This document shows, piece after piece, positions 50,029 to 60,253 of a DNA stretch of 64,000 nt. Position numbers and translations under genes: made by a program. Location of the stretch: positions 16,535 through 80,534 of the forward strand of contig SIAO01000008.1 in the NCBI GenBank assembly GCA_009691765.1. Reading direction: 5' to 3'. Positions within the stretch are counted from its first letter, which is position 1. Every line of letters begins with the position of its first letter. The notes under the pieces are model-generated. The model was not told where the DNA came from. It did no database searches and saw only the letters and a list, made by a program, of their open reading frames with translations. Source of the stretch: Planctomycetota bacterium (GTDB lineage: Bacteria; Planctomycetota; GCA-002687715).

Positions 50029-50943
50029 TCAGAGACCGCTGCCAGAAGCCGCTGGTGCCGCTGGCACCAAGGATTCTAGGAGCTTCGCCTCATCGGCGAT
50101 GACTTTTTCTCTCTCTTTGGTGAGCTTGGCCATGTCCACGCGCAGTTCCACGAGTTCGCGGCGACCGCGCTCGCAGTCGTGCTTCGTGAGGTGGTCTTCC
50201 GTGTCCTTCAGTTCCGCGTTGAGATCTTCTTGATCCCAGTGGATGCGGTCGAGGTTTTGGAGGATCTTCGCCTCCTTCTCCACGACGGACGCCAGCAACT
50301 TGCCTGTGTGCTCCTTGAAGACAACTTCAAGACTCTTGAAGACATCAGCAGCATCTGTGCCCCAGCCCTTGAGGCGCTTGAGCTCTTTGCCAGAGCCATC
50401 AAGCACTACAACAGTCGGGGCGCTGCCGCCGTAGGACTCGCGAACCCCTGCGTCGCGAATGTCATCCAGAGAAATTTTCAGGCAATTGAAAAAGCGGCTT
50501 GAGAAACCCACGCGTTCATCGAGGAAAACAGTTCCCTCGTAACTCATGAGCTTGTCGTCGTTGCGCGCGCTGTAGAAATAAACCAACAGCGGCAGCCCTG
50601 CGCGGAAGCCACCAGGACGGTGCCCCACTTCGGTCAGCGCTGACAACGGAAGCGTGGTGGCGCCATATTCGCCGCCGCCACCTGCAGGCAATTCAGCAGA
50701 CAACCAACGGATTGCTACACGCGTGAGCCGTTCTGGGCTTGGCGTCGTTGCTGCACCGTTGCCGCCGGCAACATTCATGCCTGCTGCTGGAGTTGCACGA
50801 CCTGCGATCGGGCGCGCTGCGGGTGCTACACGAGCACCTGCACGGCCCCTGCTACGGCCTCATCACTGCCCCAAAAGCAAGTCTGGCATAGCTGCAACCA
50901 AGAGCAGAGCCAGCATGGAAAACTTGAGTGTGCGAACGAGCAT
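50029..50943 (-). CDS. Candidate exported selenoprotein: signal peptide, tandem in-frame TGA-TGA, thioredoxin-like fold, coiled coil
   Basis: SD GAGGGAG; ATG 50943 MLVRTLKFSMLALLLVAAMPDLLLGQ-TGA-TGA-GRSRGRAG... in frame with ORF 50029-50778; hairpin TGCAGGTGCT-CGTGT-AGCACCCGCA downstream. Confidence 0.65.
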
Positions 50944-51007
50944 GGGCTATCTCCCTCGGCAAAGCGGATCGTGGTTTCAGTTCCTGCCCCTACTATAGGG
51001 CCAACCC

Positions 51008-53608
51008 ATGACTCCCAGCAAGCCTTTAGTTTTGCCTTTCCGCACCGTTTGCGCGCTCGTTTTCCTTCTCGGAACAATTGCAGCGCAATCCGACCCAATC
51101 CCCTCACCTCGCGAGCACTTTGGCTTCGACCTAGGCAGCGACCGGCGCCTGCTCTCGTGGGCAGAACTTGCGGGCTACTACCAGCGCTTAGCCGACGCCT
51201 CGCCATACCTGCGCTGTGAGACCTTGGGAACCACCACCGAAGGCCGCCCGATGCTCCTGCTCACGCTGTCTTCGCGCAGTGACCAAGAACTCTCGCGCAT
51301 CGAGCGCATGCAACGCCGCGTCGCGAGCACGGCTGGCAACCACGGCGCCACCGTCGTCACGCCAGAGGAACTGAGCACACTTCCTGCCGTGGTCTACATC
51401 CAAGGAACTCTGCATAGCGTGGAGATCGCCGCATCGCTGTTGTTCCCTGATCTGCTTTACCGCTTGGCCACCGGCACCGACGCGTTGGCGCAGCGCATCC
51501 GCGACAATGTCGTGCTGCTCGTCGCACCGAGCGCAAACCCCGATGGCATTGATCGCGTCAACACTTGGTACACGCAGACACTCGGAACACCGTGGGAAGG
51601 CACGACGCCGCCAGCGCTCTATCAAACCTACGCAGGCCACGACAACAACCGCGACTGGTTCATGCTCAGCTTGCGCGAGACACAATTGGTCTCGAAGTTG
51701 CTCTACAAACGCTGGTGCCCAGAAGTTGTCTTGGACATTCATCAGATGGGTTCGACAGGTGCGCGCATGTTCGTGCCACCTTGCAGTGACCCGCTCAACG
51801 AAAATGTGTCGGCCATGGTCACGCGTCAGATCGATCTCGTCGGCGCGCACATGGCTTGGGCCTTGCAGCAAGCCGGCTGCTCAGGTGTGGTGCAAGATGT
51901 TGTGTACGACAACTACTGGGCCGGTGGTGCGCGCAACACACCTTGCCGCCACAACATGGTGGGCATCATCACCGAAACAGCCAGCGCACGACTTGCGACA
52001 CCAGCGGTCATTGAACTGAAAGATCTGCGCGGACACGGCGGCGGCTTTCCCGAGTATCGACGCCAAGGCAACTTCCCGGATCCATGGCTCGGTGGGACAT
52101 GGCGCATGAGCGACATCCTGCGCTACGAAACGATCAGCACTCTCGCGATGTTGGATGTTGTGTCGCGCTACCACGAGTCGTTCGTGATGGACTTCGCAGC
52201 CTTGAACCGTGATGCAGTGCGGCGCGGCAATAACGAAGCACCAGGCGCCTTTCTACTGCCAAGCGAAGGAGCCGATCCTCGTGCCCTCGCGCGTCTTGCA
52301 AATGTACTGATGGACACCGGCATCGATGTGCATCGCGCAGAACAGCCCTTCATGCACGAAGGCAAAAACGTGAGCGCAGGCAGCCTCGTGGTGCGTCTCG
52401 CGCAACCATTTCGCGCTCATGCCAAGGACGTTCTCGAAGTGCAGAACTACCCCAAGGTGCGCTTCACAAAGAACGGCGACGTGATTCGCCCCTATGACAG
52501 CGCTGGATGGTGCCTGCCGCTGCAGTTCGGTTTGGAATGTCACACGCTTGAGAAGGCGCCTGCTGCAGACGCGCCACTGCACCAGCTCAGCGGCCTGCAT
52601 GTCATCGCAGGAACAACTGCAGGCGTAGGCTCTGGCGCACGCTGGCGCGGCGATTCCAACGCAGCTTTCGTGTTGGCCAACCGAGTGCGTGCGCGCGGCG
52701 CCATGGTGAGGCGCAATGCTGCTGGCGATTTTGTTGCAGACGACATCGAGAACAGTGTGCTCGCGGCGGACTCCGCAGATCTGGGGCTGCACGTAACGCG
52801 AGAAGACGACACAACGCCGAAGCGAGGCCTGACGCGCACGCCGCCACGCACTGCGATCTTTCAATCTTGGCCCGCGTCCATGGACGGAGGTTGGACTCGC
52901 TTGGTTCTGGAAGAACACGGCTATGCGCCTCGCATGGTCAGCGCTACCGAAATCAACGCAGGCGCGTTGCGTCTGAATCAAGGCGCCACCTTGAGCAGCA
53001 ACATCGACGTGTTGATCTTGCCGGACATCAGCCCAAACACACTTGCCAAAGGACCAGGCAAGGACCGTCTGCCAGCCGAGTGGCTCGGAGGTCTCGAAGG
53101 TGCTGGCGAAGATGAACTATCGAACTTTGTGAAACGGGGAGGGCGCCTTGTGGCCATGGGTTCCGCTGTGGAGTGGCTAACCAAAGCACTGAAACTCCCT
53201 GTAGAGAATGGCCTCGCCAAGGCGCCACGCGAAGGCAGCGACGCGTTCGTTTGCCCCGGTTCACTGCTGCGCACAGTTTGGCCCGGTGCAGACCTCGCAA
53301 CAGCTTCCAAGCCTGAGCATTGGTTGCTCCGCAGCATGCCGAACGCGCCCACGGTGTATTTCGATGCACCTTTTGCACTGCGCTGCACCAGCGCCGATGA
53401 CAGCGCCACGCCTCTCTTGAGTTTCACGAAGCAAGATGCACTGCGCTCTGGCTACCTCGAAGGCGAAAAGCACCTTGAGGGCCTACACGCACTGGTCGCG
53501 TGCCATCATGGCGCCGGAGAAGTCGTGTTGTTCGCGATGCGCCCTCAGCACAGAAGCCAGATGCTCGGCACCTTCCGCTTGCTCTTCGAAGCCATCGAAG
53601 GGCCGTAG
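51008..53608 (+). CDS. Secreted M14 zinc carboxypeptidase-family protein with C-terminal class I GAT-like domain
   Basis: LG.TTEGR, HSVE, NPDG, YAGHDNNRDW, DIHQMG, MDGGWTR, FVKRGG.LV. Confidence 0.9.
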   Translation: MTPSKPLVLPFRTVCALVFLLGTIAAQSDPIPSPREHFGFDLGSDRRLLSWAELAGYYQRLADASPYLRCETLGTTTEGRPMLLLTLSSRSDQELSRIERMQRRVASTAGNHGATVVTPEELSTLPAVVYIQGTLHSVEIAASLLFPDLLYRLATGTDALAQRIRDNVVLLVAPSANPDGIDRVNTWYTQTLGTPWEGTTPPALYQTYAGHDNNRDWFMLSLRETQLVSKLLYKRWCPEVVLDIHQMGSTGARMFVPPCSDPLNENVSAMVTRQIDLVGAHMAWALQQAGCSGVVQDVVYDNYWAGGARNTPCRHNMVGIITETASARLATPAVIELKDLRGHGGGFPEYRRQGNFPDPWLGGTWRMSDILRYETISTLAMLDVVSRYHESFVMDFAALNRDAVRRGNNEAPGAFLLPSEGADPRALARLANVLMDTGIDVHRAEQPFMHEGKNVSAGSLVVRLAQPFRAHAKDVLEVQNYPKVRFTKNGDVIRPYDSAGWCLPLQFGLECHTLEKAPAADAPLHQLSGLHVIAGTTAGVGSGARWRGDSNAAFVLANRVRARGAMVRRNAAGDFVADDIENSVLAADSADLGLHVTREDDTTPKRGLTRTPPRTAIFQSWPASMDGGWTRLVLEEHGYAPRMVSATEINAGALRLNQGATLSSNIDVLILPDISPNTLAKGPGKDRLPAEWLGGLEGAGEDELSNFVKRGGRLVAMGSAVEWLTKALKLPVENGLAKAPREGSDAFVCPGSLLRTVWPGADLATASKPEHWLLRSMPNAPTVYFDAPFALRCTSADDSATPLLSFTKQDALRSGYLEGEKHLEGLHALVACHHGAGEVVLFAMRPQHRSQMLGTFRLLFEAIEGP

Positions 53609-53612
53609 AAGC

Positions 53613-54545
53613 TCACGCCCCTTCTTCGAGACCCAGCAACCCTGCGCCGACACAGCCTGCGTCATTCTTGAGGCGCGCAAGAACAATCGGTGAAGCACGA
53701 ATCAGCGGACGCAGTGTCTGGCGACGGAACGCGGCACGCACCGGATCCAGCAGCAAACGCCCCGCGTTACAGAGTCCACCGCCGATGACGATCACATCCG
53801 GCGCTACCAGCACAGCGGCGGTCGCGAGCCCCAGCCCGAGATTCGTTCCAAGTTCATTCAGAGCGGCTTTGGCTGCTTTCGCACCAGCGCGAGCGCGCTT
53901 CACGATCTCTCGGGGCGACAAGGCTGGATCGCCACCATGCTCTGCGTGCAAGCGCACTAACGCTGTGGCCGAGGTGTAGAGCTCGAGGCAGCCAGCACCT
54001 GCAAGCCCGTCATGGCGACAAGGCAGGCCGTCCTTCACGAAGACACCGTGACCGATTTCACCACCCGTGCCGCATGCCCCGCGCACAACGCGACCATGCA
54101 CCACGAGTCCCCCGCCCAAGCCCGTACCGACTGTGACCATCAAGACGCAGTTACGACCTCGTCCCGCGCCACAGCGTGCCTCTGCGAGTGCTGCAACAGT
54201 TGCGTCGTTTTCGGCAGCGGCTGGCACCTGCGCGATGCGACGCAGTTCGTAGGCCACTCGGAATCCGCCAATGCCTGGGATTTGCGGCGGCACCACGGTG
54301 ATGCGGCCCTCGCGCCCCTGCACTGCTCCTGGCAACCCCATACCAATGGCCACGACCTTCGCGCGCCGACGCTTAGCAGCCGCTTGTGCGGCCAACACAG
54401 CCGCAACAAGACAGACTCGGAGACCGCGCGTGCCTTTGTTGGCGACGGTTGGCACCGAGCCAGTTTCTAGCGCACGCCCACTCCGTGTCACGAGAGCGAA
54501 CTTGAGATCCGTGCCGCCGAGATCAAGACCAATACCAACATCCAT
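53613..54545 (-). CDS. ROK family sugar kinase (glucokinase-like)
   Basis: GLDLGGT, ENDAT.AALAE, TVGTGLGGG, GEIGH, GCLE, IGGG, NDAGCVGA. Confidence 0.92.
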   Translation of the reverse strand: MDVGIGLDLGGTDLKFALVTRSGRALETGSVPTVANKGTRGLRVCLVAAVLAAQAAAKRRRAKVVAIGMGLPGAVQGREGRITVVPPQIPGIGGFRVAYELRRIAQVPAAAENDATVAALAEARCGAGRGRNCVLMVTVGTGLGGGLVVHGRVVRGACGTGGEIGHGVFVKDGLPCRHDGLAGAGCLELYTSATALVRLHAEHGGDPALSPREIVKRARAGAKAAKAALNELGTNLGLGLATAAVLVAPDVIVIGGGLCNAGRLLLDPVRAAFRRQTLRPLIRASPIVLARLKNDAGCVGAGLLGLEEGA

Positions 54546-54643
54546 GAACGACTCCTGCCCCCAAGCAGAACCGATGGAGCCCTTGGCGCCAAGGGCCTGC
54601 CCGCAAGACTTGAGCTTGCGTATCCTCACGGCGGGAGCTCCGC

Positions 54644-56026
54644 ATGCACCGTTCATTCCTACTCTTCGCTTTGTTGTTGGCCGCATGTGCTCAGACCGGC
54701 CATGAATCCGCGCCCACAATATTGCCTCTTCACAGGCCCACGAGCGCTCCGAACGAGCCTCCCCTTGCGCCCGTAACAATGGACGCTGCGCCTTTGGAAT
54801 CGCTCAGTTTGGAACATGCGCGCTCTCTCGCGCTGCAACGCAGTCCCACCGCAATCGCCGCAGACGCCGTGCTCCTGCGAGCACGAGCCCGCATCGATGA
54901 TGCCCGCGTCGCGTTCAACCCAACTCTCAGTCTCGGCACTACAGGCACGTTGAATGACCGAGCCGCCAGCTTCAACATACCGGGGGTGGGGTCCATCACG
55001 ACCAGTCCGCAATGGCAGCAAGTTTGGACCGCAAGCAGCCGCATTTCGCTTTTCGATTTCGGGCGCGACCGCGCTGCGCTTGAAGCGGCGGAGATTGAAG
55101 CTGGCGCAGCAGCCATGGACGGCAACAGCGCACGCCAGCGTTTGCTGCATGATGTGACGCTCGCATGGCACCGCGTGCACACGGCTGCAGGCAATTTGAA
55201 GGTCAGTGAAGAAACGCTGCTGCTGGCAGAAAAGCAAGTTCTAGACGCGCAGTCGCTCGTCGAAGCGGGCAAACGCACTCGGGACACGCTGTTGACTGCA
55301 GCCGTGGACCTGCTCGGACGCAGGCAAGACCTGCTGGTGACGCAGAACGCCAAAGTGCAGTCTGTGCGTGTGCTGAACATTCTTCTTTGCCGTGCGCTGG
55401 AAGCAGAAACAACACTGGCACCCGCTTCGGAAACAGCAGTCACAACACCCCCACTTTCCGCACTGATGGAAAGCGCCCGCGCTCATAATCCTGCACTCTT
55501 GGCTCTGCGCGCACGACGCGATGCGCTGAGCCACTCGCGCACTTCAAACGAACAGAGCGCGTGGCCGGAGCTCGCCCTCAACGTCAATGGCACACGCGAT
55601 AGCAGCGCGACTTTCGGGTCCCCCGCACAGTCAGCACAAGCTGTCTTCTCTCTCAACTGGCTGGCTGTTGACGGAGGGCACCGCGCCGCACGTGGCGCCG
55701 GATTGAGCGCTGAACTCATGGAACTGCGCGCACAGGAGCTGAAGCTGATCCAGCAAATCGACACCGATCTTTCGCGTGCAGTGCTCGACCTCGCCGAGGC
55801 GCATTCCGCCGTCGAGCTTGCGCAGCAAAGTGTGCTCGCAGCCACCGAAAACTATCGCATCGTCAACGAGCGCGCCGCGGCGGGCACGCTCAGCGCCAGA
55901 GAAGTGTTGGAGGCGCGCCGCACCCTTGCGACCTCACGCTACGCAGGCACAGAAGCTCTGTTTCGTCGACACACAGCACTGGCGTGGATAGAAAACCTCA
56001 CAGGGTCGGCGCAGACCGGGAACTAA
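54644..56026 (+). CDS. TolC family outer membrane lipoprotein
   Basis: Lipobox LAAC; two OEP-like repeats (ALQRSP, LFDFGR, HNPAL, ENYRI...AG). Confidence 0.85.
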   Translation: MHRSFLLFALLLAACAQTGHESAPTILPLHRPTSAPNEPPLAPVTMDAAPLESLSLEHARSLALQRSPTAIAADAVLLRARARIDDARVAFNPTLSLGTTGTLNDRAASFNIPGVGSITTSPQWQQVWTASSRISLFDFGRDRAALEAAEIEAGAAAMDGNSARQRLLHDVTLAWHRVHTAAGNLKVSEETLLLAEKQVLDAQSLVEAGKRTRDTLLTAAVDLLGRRQDLLVTQNAKVQSVRVLNILLCRALEAETTLAPASETAVTTPPLSALMESARAHNPALLALRARRDALSHSRTSNEQSAWPELALNVNGTRDSSATFGSPAQSAQAVFSLNWLAVDGGHRAARGAGLSAELMELRAQELKLIQQIDTDLSRAVLDLAEAHSAVELAQQSVLAATENYRIVNERAAAGTLSAREVLEARRTLATSRYAGTEALFRRHTALAWIENLTGSAQTGN

Positions 56027-57125
56027 GCACGCTGCGGTAGAGCTCGGCGTGCGAACGCGCGCTGGCTTCCCAAGAATACTCCTGCGAACGGCGCACGGCG
56101 CGCGCACACAACTGCGCTTTCAATGCGCTGTCGCGCAAGAGATGTTGCAGCACGTGCGCAAGATCATGTGCGTCACCGGTGCGGAACGACTGCGCCGCGT
56201 TGCCGCACACTTCCGTGAGCGCCGCGTCTTCGCTGATCACAAGCGGCCTACCGGATGCCATCGCTTCGAGTGCCGGCAGCCCAAATCCCTCGAGGCGCGA
56301 CGGCACGACCACCGCTTCAGCTTCGCGGTACAGATCCGGCAAGTCCTCGCGCGCCACATATCCAGGCAGAATCAACAGCCGATCGTCTATCCCCGCTGCT
56401 CGCAACGGTGCGCGGACGTCCGCTTCGTCCATGAGAGCTTTGCCACACATGACGAGGTGCATGGGCGGATGCCCCGAGCGCATCAAGCGCGCGAACGCCT
56501 CCACCAACACCAGAGGGTCTTTGCGCTGCCGCAACGTGCCAACCCACAAGAGGAATGGGCCCGGCGGAATGCCGTAACGATCGCGCCGCAGTGGCAGGCC
56601 AAAGGGACGAAAATCCGGATCCACGCCATGAGCGATCGCTGTGACGCGCGCTTCCACAGCGGGTTCAGCAGCGATGAGCGCGAGTCGCGTGGCCTCGCTC
56701 GGCACGACAATGTGATGCGCGGCACGTAGCGCGTGGAGCAAACGCAAACGGTTGCGAGAGAGACGGCCAGCATGCCCGGCCTCTCCGTAGCGCGGCACGT
56801 CGTGAATCGTAGCGATACGCATGGCGCTCGTACGGAAAGGCAAGGCCGCTACAGGTGCATGAAGCAACTGCACGCCGAGACGGCGCATAGCGCGAGGCAT
56901 CGCGCCTTCACGCCAAATGGCGCGCGGCAGCAACGAGGGAACTTCCACGACGCGAACTTGCATGCTCGCGGCCGGTGCTGGCCGCCCAGGGCGAATGAGC
57001 ACCACGAACTCGAGGTCGGGCGCCACCAGTGGAAGTTGCTCCACAAGGCGTCGGGCATAACGCTCAACGCCGGTTTCAGGCTGGACTTCAAGGCACGATA
57101 GATCCAGTCCCACAGTCGGCTTCAT
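55998..57125 (-). CDS. Glycosyltransferase family 4
   Basis: TGVERY, TIHD, VGTLRQRKD, EGFGLPALEAMASG, YSWE. Confidence 0.92.
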   Translation of the reverse strand: MKPTVGLDLSCLEVQPETGVERYARRLVEQLPLVAPDLEFVVLIRPGRPAPAASMQVRVVEVPSLLPRAIWREGAMPRAMRRLGVQLLHAPVAALPFRTSAMRIATIHDVPRYGEAGHAGRLSRNRLRLLHALRAAHHIVVPSEATRLALIAAEPAVEARVTAIAHGVDPDFRPFGLPLRRDRYGIPPGPFLLWVGTLRQRKDPLVLVEAFARLMRSGHPPMHLVMCGKALMDEADVRAPLRAAGIDDRLLILPGYVAREDLPDLYREAEAVVVPSRLEGFGLPALEAMASGRPLVISEDAALTEVCGNAAQSFRTGDAHDLAHVLQHLLRDSALKAQLCARAVRRSQEYSWEASARSHAELYRSVLSSRSAPTL

Positions 57126-57796
57126 CCGAGCACCTCCACCACAAATCGTTCCACAGGCACATCAGGAGCATACAGATGATGCGCGCCGAGACGCACCAAC
57201 TCGGCGGTAGCGTCCGCGGCACCGATGCCCACAGCGATAATGCCGTTGTCTCGTGCTGCGAGAATATCGCTCGCGGCGTCACCGACATGACAGATACGAC
57301 TGCGCGGAAACGACTGTCCACGCAGTTGCTCGGCACGACCAATGGCGCGACGTACCAATTCAGCGCGGTCGTGGCTCTCGCAACCGAAAGCGCCACAATG
57401 AAAATGCTCGTTCAGGCCCGAAGGAGCGAGCTTGAGAGTGGCCGCACGACGCACGTTGCCTGTCACCAAACCGAGCGTGACGTGGGCCATGCCACTCAAC
57501 CGCCGGATGAGCTGCACCATGGCCGGTTCGGCGCTGTCTCCACGCTGCTGCACTTCGCGCTCGAGGTGCACGAGATAGCGCTCCTCGACTTGATGGATTT
57601 CGTCATCGCTGCGGCCCACGACGGCCAATCCCTCGCGAAAAATGTCGCGATCGGTGCGTCCTGTGAAGCTGATACCGTCGAAAGCCTCCGGCCGCGCATA
57701 CAGCTCAGAAAAAGTGTGCGCAAGGGAGCGGCGCCCGAGGCCGCTGGGCCGCAACAGCGTGCCATCAATGTCAAAGAGCGCGAGAAACGGCTGCAT
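57122..57796 (-). CDS. HAD family phosphatase
   Basis: LFDIDGTL, GRTD, VTGN, K, VGDAASD. Confidence 0.9.
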   Translation of the reverse strand: MQPFLALFDIDGTLLRPSGLGRRSLAHTFSELYARPEAFDGISFTGRTDRDIFREGLAVVGRSDDEIHQVEERYLVHLEREVQQRGDSAEPAMVQLIRRLSGMAHVTLGLVTGNVRRAATLKLAPSGLNEHFHCGAFGCESHDRAELVRRAIGRAEQLRGQSFPRSRICHVGDAASDILAARDNGIIAVGIGAADATAELVRLGAHHLYAPDVPVERFVVEVLG

Positions 57797-57882
57797 CGCG
57801 GCGCGATGCTAACGCTTGGGCTGAGTCTCGGAACAGGTGCCCCTTTGATGTGCCGCTGTGCGTAGAATCTGAACCGCAACCC

Positions 57883-60222
57883 ATGCGCATTCTGCTCACT
57901 GGCGCCACCGGCTATCTCGGCAAACACTTGCTCGCCCGCTTCCTTGCGGACGGGCACAGCGTCACGCTATTGGTGCGACAAGCCGCGCGCCTACCGACCG
58001 ATCTGAACGGCCATGTCGAAACCATCGCCGCGGATCTGATGGATCCTGTCCCAGCTGCTGCGTTGAAGGGCGTGCATGCAGATGTGTTGGTCCACGCCGC
58101 TGCGGAGATTCACCCTGAGACTGGGGCCGCGCGCCTCATGGCGGTAAACCGCGACGGCACCATTCATGCCATCAAAGCAGCGGCGCGCACAGGCACGAAA
58201 CGCGTAGTGCTGATTTCTTCTTTGGAAGCCGCTGGTCCGCACTTGTGGTCGGATGGCGAAGTGTTCGAAGACGCAATGCCCGCACCCACGACCGAGTACG
58301 GACGCTCGAAGCTGGCTGGAGAAGCGGCGGCCGCCGACCTGACAAGATTGCTCGGTTTGGAATTGGTGGTGCTGCGCCCTGGAAATATTTACGGCGAAGG
58401 CGTCGCGGGCATCGCCAGCACCATTGTTGCAGCCTATGGTGACGATCACGAACAGCTCCGACGCGAGTGGGCCAATCATCGGTTCCAACCAGTGCACATC
58501 AGCGATGTGGTTCAAGCGTGCGTGCTCGCGATGCAGCATGGTGACGGTGTCATCAACATCACCGACGGACACCGGCCCAATGTTGGCGACCTCGTCGAGG
58601 ATGCGCTCGAAGTTGCCTCGTGGCGCTCCTTGCGTCCTCCGCCACTGCTGCGACCCCACAACGTCACGCCATCACCCGAACGCATCCACTACCGCTATCG
58701 GCTGGACCGCGCTTGGAACGTGCTTGGGTTCGTGCCGCGCTATTCGTTTCGTACCGGGCTCTTGGATCTCGTGGATCAACTTGGTTTCGGTTTGCCGCGC
58801 CTGAATGTGTCAACGACGAGTGGAAAACTGTTCACACTGTTGCTGAACACTCCCACCGAGCATATTCACCTCAATCGCGACATGGGCGGCGGCATGGGCT
58901 TCGTGCACGACAACGCCGATCGCTTCCCACCATTGGATCTGCTGTACTTGGGAACTAGTCTCAAGCGCAAAGGTTGGCCCGTCGTGATCGTGGATGGCGG
59001 CATCAACCCACTCCTGCCCACGAATGTGTTCCACCTCATCAACAAGGAAGGCATTCGCGCTGTCATCGCCGAAGTGAACTTGCCCACCTTTGAGCTCGAC
59101 TTGCTGTTCTTGAAAGAACTCAAGCGCTTCACTCATGCGCGCATCGTCGCCAAGACAGCTCTGACGGAGCTCCACTTCCACGAACGCCTACTGCGTGAAG
59201 GCGAAGTTGATTTCGTGCTCACAGGCGAATGTGATCTGACGATTGATCAGGTTTTGCTCGGGCTCGATGAACGCGGCACGGTGCGCCTCAAGGCTGGCAA
59301 GGTGCACAGTGTGCCCGAGGACAAGCTCGTCGATCTCTCTTTGCTTCCGCTTCCAGACCGCGGTCTGCTTGCTCACACGCCCTACACCTACAGTTTGCTT
59401 CCAACAGGCTTCGCCACAGTTCAATCCAGTCGTGGTTGCCCGTACTCCTGCGGTTTCTATTGCCCCTACCCACTCACGCAGGGAAAAACTTGGAGAGCAC
59501 GCCCGGCCGCGCATGTGGTGGATGAACTGGAAGATTGTGTCGCCCGCGGTTTGCGCAGCGTGCTGTTCCGCGATGCCACTTTCACGTTGGACAAGGCGCG
59601 CGTGCACGAGATCTGTCGCCTCATCGCGGAGCGCAATCTCAAACTCGATTGGTGGTGCGAGACTCGCATCAACTGTCTGGACAAGGCGCTGCTGCAAGTC
59701 ATGGCAGCGGCGGGTTGCCGGGGCATTAACTTCGGCATTGAAAGCGGCGACGACGAAGTGCTGGCCAAGGGCGCAAAGCAAGGCGTGGATGTGAAGCGCA
59801 TCCGGCGCGTCCTGCTTGAAACTGAAGCGGTCGGCATCCACTCGCACTTGCTGGTGGTCGTCGGCCTGCCTGAAGAAACTCGCGCCACTATCGCGCATAC
59901 CTACGATCTGTTCGCTGAGCTCCCCGCCCGCACTCTCGGTGTCACTGGCATCACTCCCTTCCCTGGAACAGCATTGTGGAAGACCGCCGTTGAACGCGGC
60001 TGGGTGCTGGACCTGAATTGGGAACACTACGGTGGCAATCACACGGTGATGCGCACTGAAAACCTGTCGCCCGCAGACATCCGCTTCGCCGGCCAAATGC
60101 TCTTTGACGGCTTTCACCTCACGAGGCCAAACAGTGGCGCTGACGCCGCGACACGCAAAGCCCATCGCGAGAAACTCGCAGAATGGGTGACGCACGGGCT
60201 CGCCGCCGACGCTCCTGTCTGA
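57883..60222 (+). CDS. Fusion of NAD-dependent epimerase/dehydratase and B12-binding-type radical SAM enzyme
   Basis: TGATGYLG, YGRSK, LRPGNIYG; then PPLDL, GECD, SRGCPYSCGFYCPY, FRDATFT, FGIESG, GLPEET, PFPGT. Confidence 0.9.
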   Translation: MRILLTGATGYLGKHLLARFLADGHSVTLLVRQAARLPTDLNGHVETIAADLMDPVPAAALKGVHADVLVHAAAEIHPETGAARLMAVNRDGTIHAIKAAARTGTKRVVLISSLEAAGPHLWSDGEVFEDAMPAPTTEYGRSKLAGEAAAADLTRLLGLELVVLRPGNIYGEGVAGIASTIVAAYGDDHEQLRREWANHRFQPVHISDVVQACVLAMQHGDGVINITDGHRPNVGDLVEDALEVASWRSLRPPPLLRPHNVTPSPERIHYRYRLDRAWNVLGFVPRYSFRTGLLDLVDQLGFGLPRLNVSTTSGKLFTLLLNTPTEHIHLNRDMGGGMGFVHDNADRFPPLDLLYLGTSLKRKGWPVVIVDGGINPLLPTNVFHLINKEGIRAVIAEVNLPTFELDLLFLKELKRFTHARIVAKTALTELHFHERLLREGEVDFVLTGECDLTIDQVLLGLDERGTVRLKAGKVHSVPEDKLVDLSLLPLPDRGLLAHTPYTYSLLPTGFATVQSSRGCPYSCGFYCPYPLTQGKTWRARPAAHVVDELEDCVARGLRSVLFRDATFTLDKARVHEICRLIAERNLKLDWWCETRINCLDKALLQVMAAAGCRGINFGIESGDDEVLAKGAKQGVDVKRIRRVLLETEAVGIHSHLLVVVGLPEETRATIAHTYDLFAELPARTLGVTGITPFPGTALWKTAVERGWVLDLNWEHYGGNHTVMRTENLSPADIRFAGQMLFDGFHLTRPNSGADAATRKAHREKLAEWVTHGLAADAPV

Positions 60223-60253
60223 AGCGATTTCAGTCGGAAGACCTGCGCGGCCG

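Noticed and set aside
50860-50865. Genome-wide UGA reassignment as the explanation for TGA-TGA
   Set aside because: Many conserved genes here (hrpB, fbaB, czcA, DUF1501) end at TGA at the expected length.
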